Assembly: GCA_000388065.2 (NCBI GenBank)
Contig: KB932204.1
DNA length: 8,418 bases
Reading direction: 5' to 3' (one strand)
Source: Fonticula alba ATCC 38817
Lineage: Eukaryota; Protista; Nucleariida
A model generated the notes under the pieces. That model did not search any database and was not told the origin of the DNA. It was given only the letters and a program-made list of their open reading frames with translations. A program made the translations under genes and the position numbers. Position 1 is the stretch's first letter. Every line of letters starts with the position of its first letter. Of the stretch, positions 5,920-8,418 are shown in pieces.

Positions 5920-8395
5920 CGTGTGTGTGCGTGTGCGTGTGTGTGCGTGTGCGTGCGTGTGTGCGTGTGTGTGTCCACCCGGGAAAGGGGGGAGGATGGA
6001 GGCGTCAGACAAACGAAGAAGGTGCACGGGAGATGGAGGGGGGCGGGGCAGACCAGCTTGAGCAGCCGGGCAGGGGAGGGAGGTGGCTGGGGGGGGGGGG
6101 GGAGATGTCGCTAGCCACCAGGCAAGCAGCGCGACCATGTACCTTGTTGGTGGCGGCCACCAGCGCACGAACAGCCGCTTTTTCGGAGCGCGCGGCATCT
6201 CGCCGAAGCAAAGCAACCGGCGCATGGCGGCCCCGGGTCCCGCGCACCGCGGCCACCCGAAGCCGACCCAGCACCAGGTACTTGCCAGCGCGGGCCAGCA
6301 TTTCCACCAGGCACATGCGCCGGACGTAGGCCGGGACCGCGGCCGATGCCAGCAGCCAGCCAACATCCCGGACATTGAGGCCGCGAGCATGCATCTCCGC
6401 CACCAGGGCCGACCCGTCGGCCGGGATGAATGCCAGCGCGGCCAAATCCGCGGCCAGGGCCCGGAGCCGGGCCTCGCGCTCTGCGGTCCCCTCGCGCAGG
6501 GACGCCGCATCGAGGCGTGCCTGCAGGCGCCGCTGCCGAGGCCCTGCCGGACCATTGGCCGAGGGGAGGGCGGTGGTGGCGGCCGCGGCATTGGCGGCCG
6601 CCAGGGCCACGGTGGCCGTCGGCCGGAAGGCATCCACACAGAGGGACTCCTCGGGTGACAGAGCCACCGGGGCGCTGCCGGCCCGCGACAGGAGGAGCTC
6701 CGCGCGGAAGCGTCGGTGCTGGTCAAGCGCGCGCAAAGCCTGGTCACGCTGACCCTCGGAGGTGCGCACTTCTCCGGCCGATGGCAGCTCGGTGCCATGC
6801 CAGGGCGGAGTATTGGGAAGCAGGGTGCTCAGTCCGGTCAGGAAGGCGGGCGGTTGGCTCGGGAGGCCCGGCGATTCGGCATCACCGCCGGGGGCGTCGA
6901 CCGCCGGGCGCTGCCGGTGCACCGGGTTGAGCAGGCGCTTGGCCACGATCGAGGCGCTGATGGGAGCTGCTGCGGGTTTTTTTTCCCCCGGGAGGCAGGC
7001 AGGGCCAGGAGGAGGGCCGTTTCACACGAGACACCGGGAGAGGGAGAGGGAAAGTGCGCAAGCCGACAGGAGGACCGCCACAGGCAGCAGAGCAGAGCGT
7101 CAGTTTTTGAGGGGGGCGGGGGGGGGGGGGGGGGGGGCTTCACGCGGTCCAGCGCACCATTTGAAGCGGCTGGCCCCTCGGCCAGGAGGTCTTGCGCCGA
7201 CACGAGGCCCAGAACGGCGGCCACCGCACGGGCAGCCTGCTGCTCGTGTGCCGCCAAGTCCACAGCCGAGAAGCGCGGCTGCTCATCGCCATCACTCAGG
7301 ACCGCGCGGCAGAACACGCGGAAGCCCTTGAAGTCCACCAGGCAGCACATGGGCACCGTCAACAAGTCCGCGGCACAGGGCCCCGGCGGGGCATCATCCT
7401 CCGGGCCGGGAGTGAGAGCCGCCAGGGCGGCGACCGCCGCCGCGGCGCCCGAAAACTCCTGCTGCGCCTCCTTGTGCCAGATGCCGATATTGACCGCATG
7501 CAGGACCTCGTCCGCCAGGCGGGCCGTCTCCGGACCGGGCGCCGACCCGGCCGCCCCGCGGGCACGCTTGCCGGGGGACACCGTCCGCACGACGACCCCC
7601 GGCCCGGGGGCCGGCCGAGAGGGCCTGGCCCCGGCCTCCGAGTCCTCGGGGCCAGAGTCGGCCCCATCCGACTCGGACCCGGCATCTGACAGGGTGTCAT
7701 CATGGTCGAAGGGATGGTCCTCATCGTCGGCCGAGTCGTCCGAGTCATCCCCGGAATCGGCCCCAAGTAGGGTCATGCCGGAGGTGGCATCGATGGTGCG
7801 GCGCTCGCGGCGCCGGCGCGCATCTTCCAGCAGCGCGCGCCGGTAGTCCGCCGCAAAAAAGAGGTCCATGGTCCCGCATGACGACCGGATGGCCTGGTGG
7901 GGGGACAGCGAGTCGAGACTGACCCCGGCGTCTGTCCCGGCCCGGCCGACCGCCAGGCCGTCCACCAGGCTGACGACCGCCGACCGGGCGCTGTCGCCAA
8001 AGGCCCCGCATAGCCGGGCCAGCGACACGGCCCTCGCGCCCGGCGTCAGCCGGCGATCGGACAGCACCCGCTCGAAGCGCGCCTGCCAGTCCCCGCGCAT
8101 GCGCCCGGACACGATGGACGCGGCGGCCTGGGCGTCGGCGCCCAGGGCTTCCAGCGGCACGGCGCTCGACAGGGCCTCCGGATCCAGGAAGCCCCGAAAG
8201 TACGCCTCGTAGACGGCCAGCTCGCTGTGGGGCAGGACCGCCGGGCGGATGCCATACAGGGTGATGTCATCGACCACGCCGCCGACGAGGGAGCCGCCGA
8301 AGCAGGAGCCGGCTGGGTCGCCAAGCCGGGCGAACGTGTCAGCCGGCATGGCCTGCTCCAGCCGCGGCAGGGTCAGTCGCGCGGCGGCCTCCAGG
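3417..8395 (-). CDS. Large divergent CLU-domain protein (Clueless/CLU1-related: CLU domain + CLU-central region + TPR-like helical C-terminus), 5'-partial: complement(join(3417..5834,6143..6966,7158..8395))
   Basis: Frame-consistent splicing of ORFs 6838..8349, 6005..6946 and 3417..5978 gives 1492 full codons plus TGA. Motifs I recognise from the CLU family occur in the expected order: GDWQARFERVL...LARLCGAFGDSA (DWNxxFQ...DF), MDLFFAAD, VPMCCLVDFKGFRVF (7312-7353; cf. PLxxLIDYRGFR), HRRFRAELL...VDAF (cf. LLRPE...SDAF), LVAEMHARGLNVRDVG (cf. LHxxGINxRxLG), LVEMLARAGK (cf. EMxARxxK). TPR-like helices such as LAAVGRHAEACGHFARAL lie near 4520-4600. Orthology to canonical CLU1/CLUH is not established, so no symbol is given. 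Confidence 0.75.
4392..4409 (-). repeat. (CAG)6 coding microsatellite giving a polyQ tract (RRQEEQQQQQQRRPAAAAAG)
   Basis: Plus strand (CTG)6, in frame in the last CLU exon. Confidence 0.9.
5835..6142 (-). other. Spliceosomal intron of the CLU-domain gene (phase 0, 308 nt)
   Basis: AAG|GTACAT ... CTGAC (6008-6004) ... (CA)n ... GCCAG|ATG; joins ATNK to MLVKNP and removes the THTH/CVCV repeat translation. Confidence 0.85.
5859..5974. repeat. 116-bp compound (GT/GC)58 microsatellite, intronic
   Basis: Unbroken G-pyrimidine alternation. Confidence 0.95.
6967..7157 (-). other. Spliceosomal intron of the CLU-domain gene (phase 1, 191 nt, or 188 nt with the upstream AG)
   Basis: AAT G|GTGCGC ... 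C20 ... CTGAC (7103-7099) ... CGCAGCAG|CT; joins GPAASN-A-PISASIVAK across the frame change. Confidence 0.75.
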
Positions 8396-8418
8396 CTGTC
8401 AAGCGGCGGGGGGGGGGG
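8396..8418 (-). other. Probable 3' end of an upstream intron of the CLU-domain gene
   Basis: Minus strand poly-C...ccgccgcttgacag|C CTG GAG; C-run followed by CAG as in the other introns. The frame is open upstream of the Met at 8349. Confidence 0.6.

Noticed and set aside
5835-5978. His/Thr-rich N-terminus (THTHT...) of ORF 3417..5978, and the CVCVCV ORFs on the other strand, as metal-binding peptides
   Set aside because: These are translations of the intronic (CA)n/(GT)n microsatellite.
8347-8349. ATG at 8349 as the CLU start codon
   Set aside because: The frame stays open upstream, and an acceptor-like C-run/GACAG lies at 8396-8418, so the gene probably continues beyond the window.
1-8418. 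Prokaryotic systems, CRISPR arrays, transposons, tRNA/rRNA
   Set aside because: I saw no repeat-spacer array, transposase or reverse-transcriptase motifs, terminal inverted repeats with target duplication, cloverleaf or rRNA signature; the architecture is eukaryotic.

Overview
GC-rich eukaryotic genomic DNA (spliceosomal introns, microsatellites, one 75-nt N gap), so the six-frame ORF track is mostly exon fragments and antisense shadow ORFs. Two intron-containing genes converge tail-to-tail and both appear to start outside the window. On the + strand is an eIF5-mimic protein (BZW/5MP, W2 domain; 5 exons, 29-1887, 441 aa visible). On the - strand is a large (>1490 aa) divergent CLU-domain protein with a CLU-central region and a TPR-like helical C-terminal half (3 exons, 8395-3417). 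The 1.5 kb between the stop codons is mostly simple repeats, but it holds a ~500-bp non-repetitive island (about 2760-3270) with phased repeated motifs and several hairpins. This island is the best candidate for an unannotated element (structured ncRNA or regulatory module), but I could not assign it to a family. Other notable points: a shared intron design (donors with C at +4, distant CTGAC followed by long AG-free tracts) and loss of the conserved Trp in AA-box 2 of the 5MP protein. Family assignments are by motif recognition from memory, not database searches.
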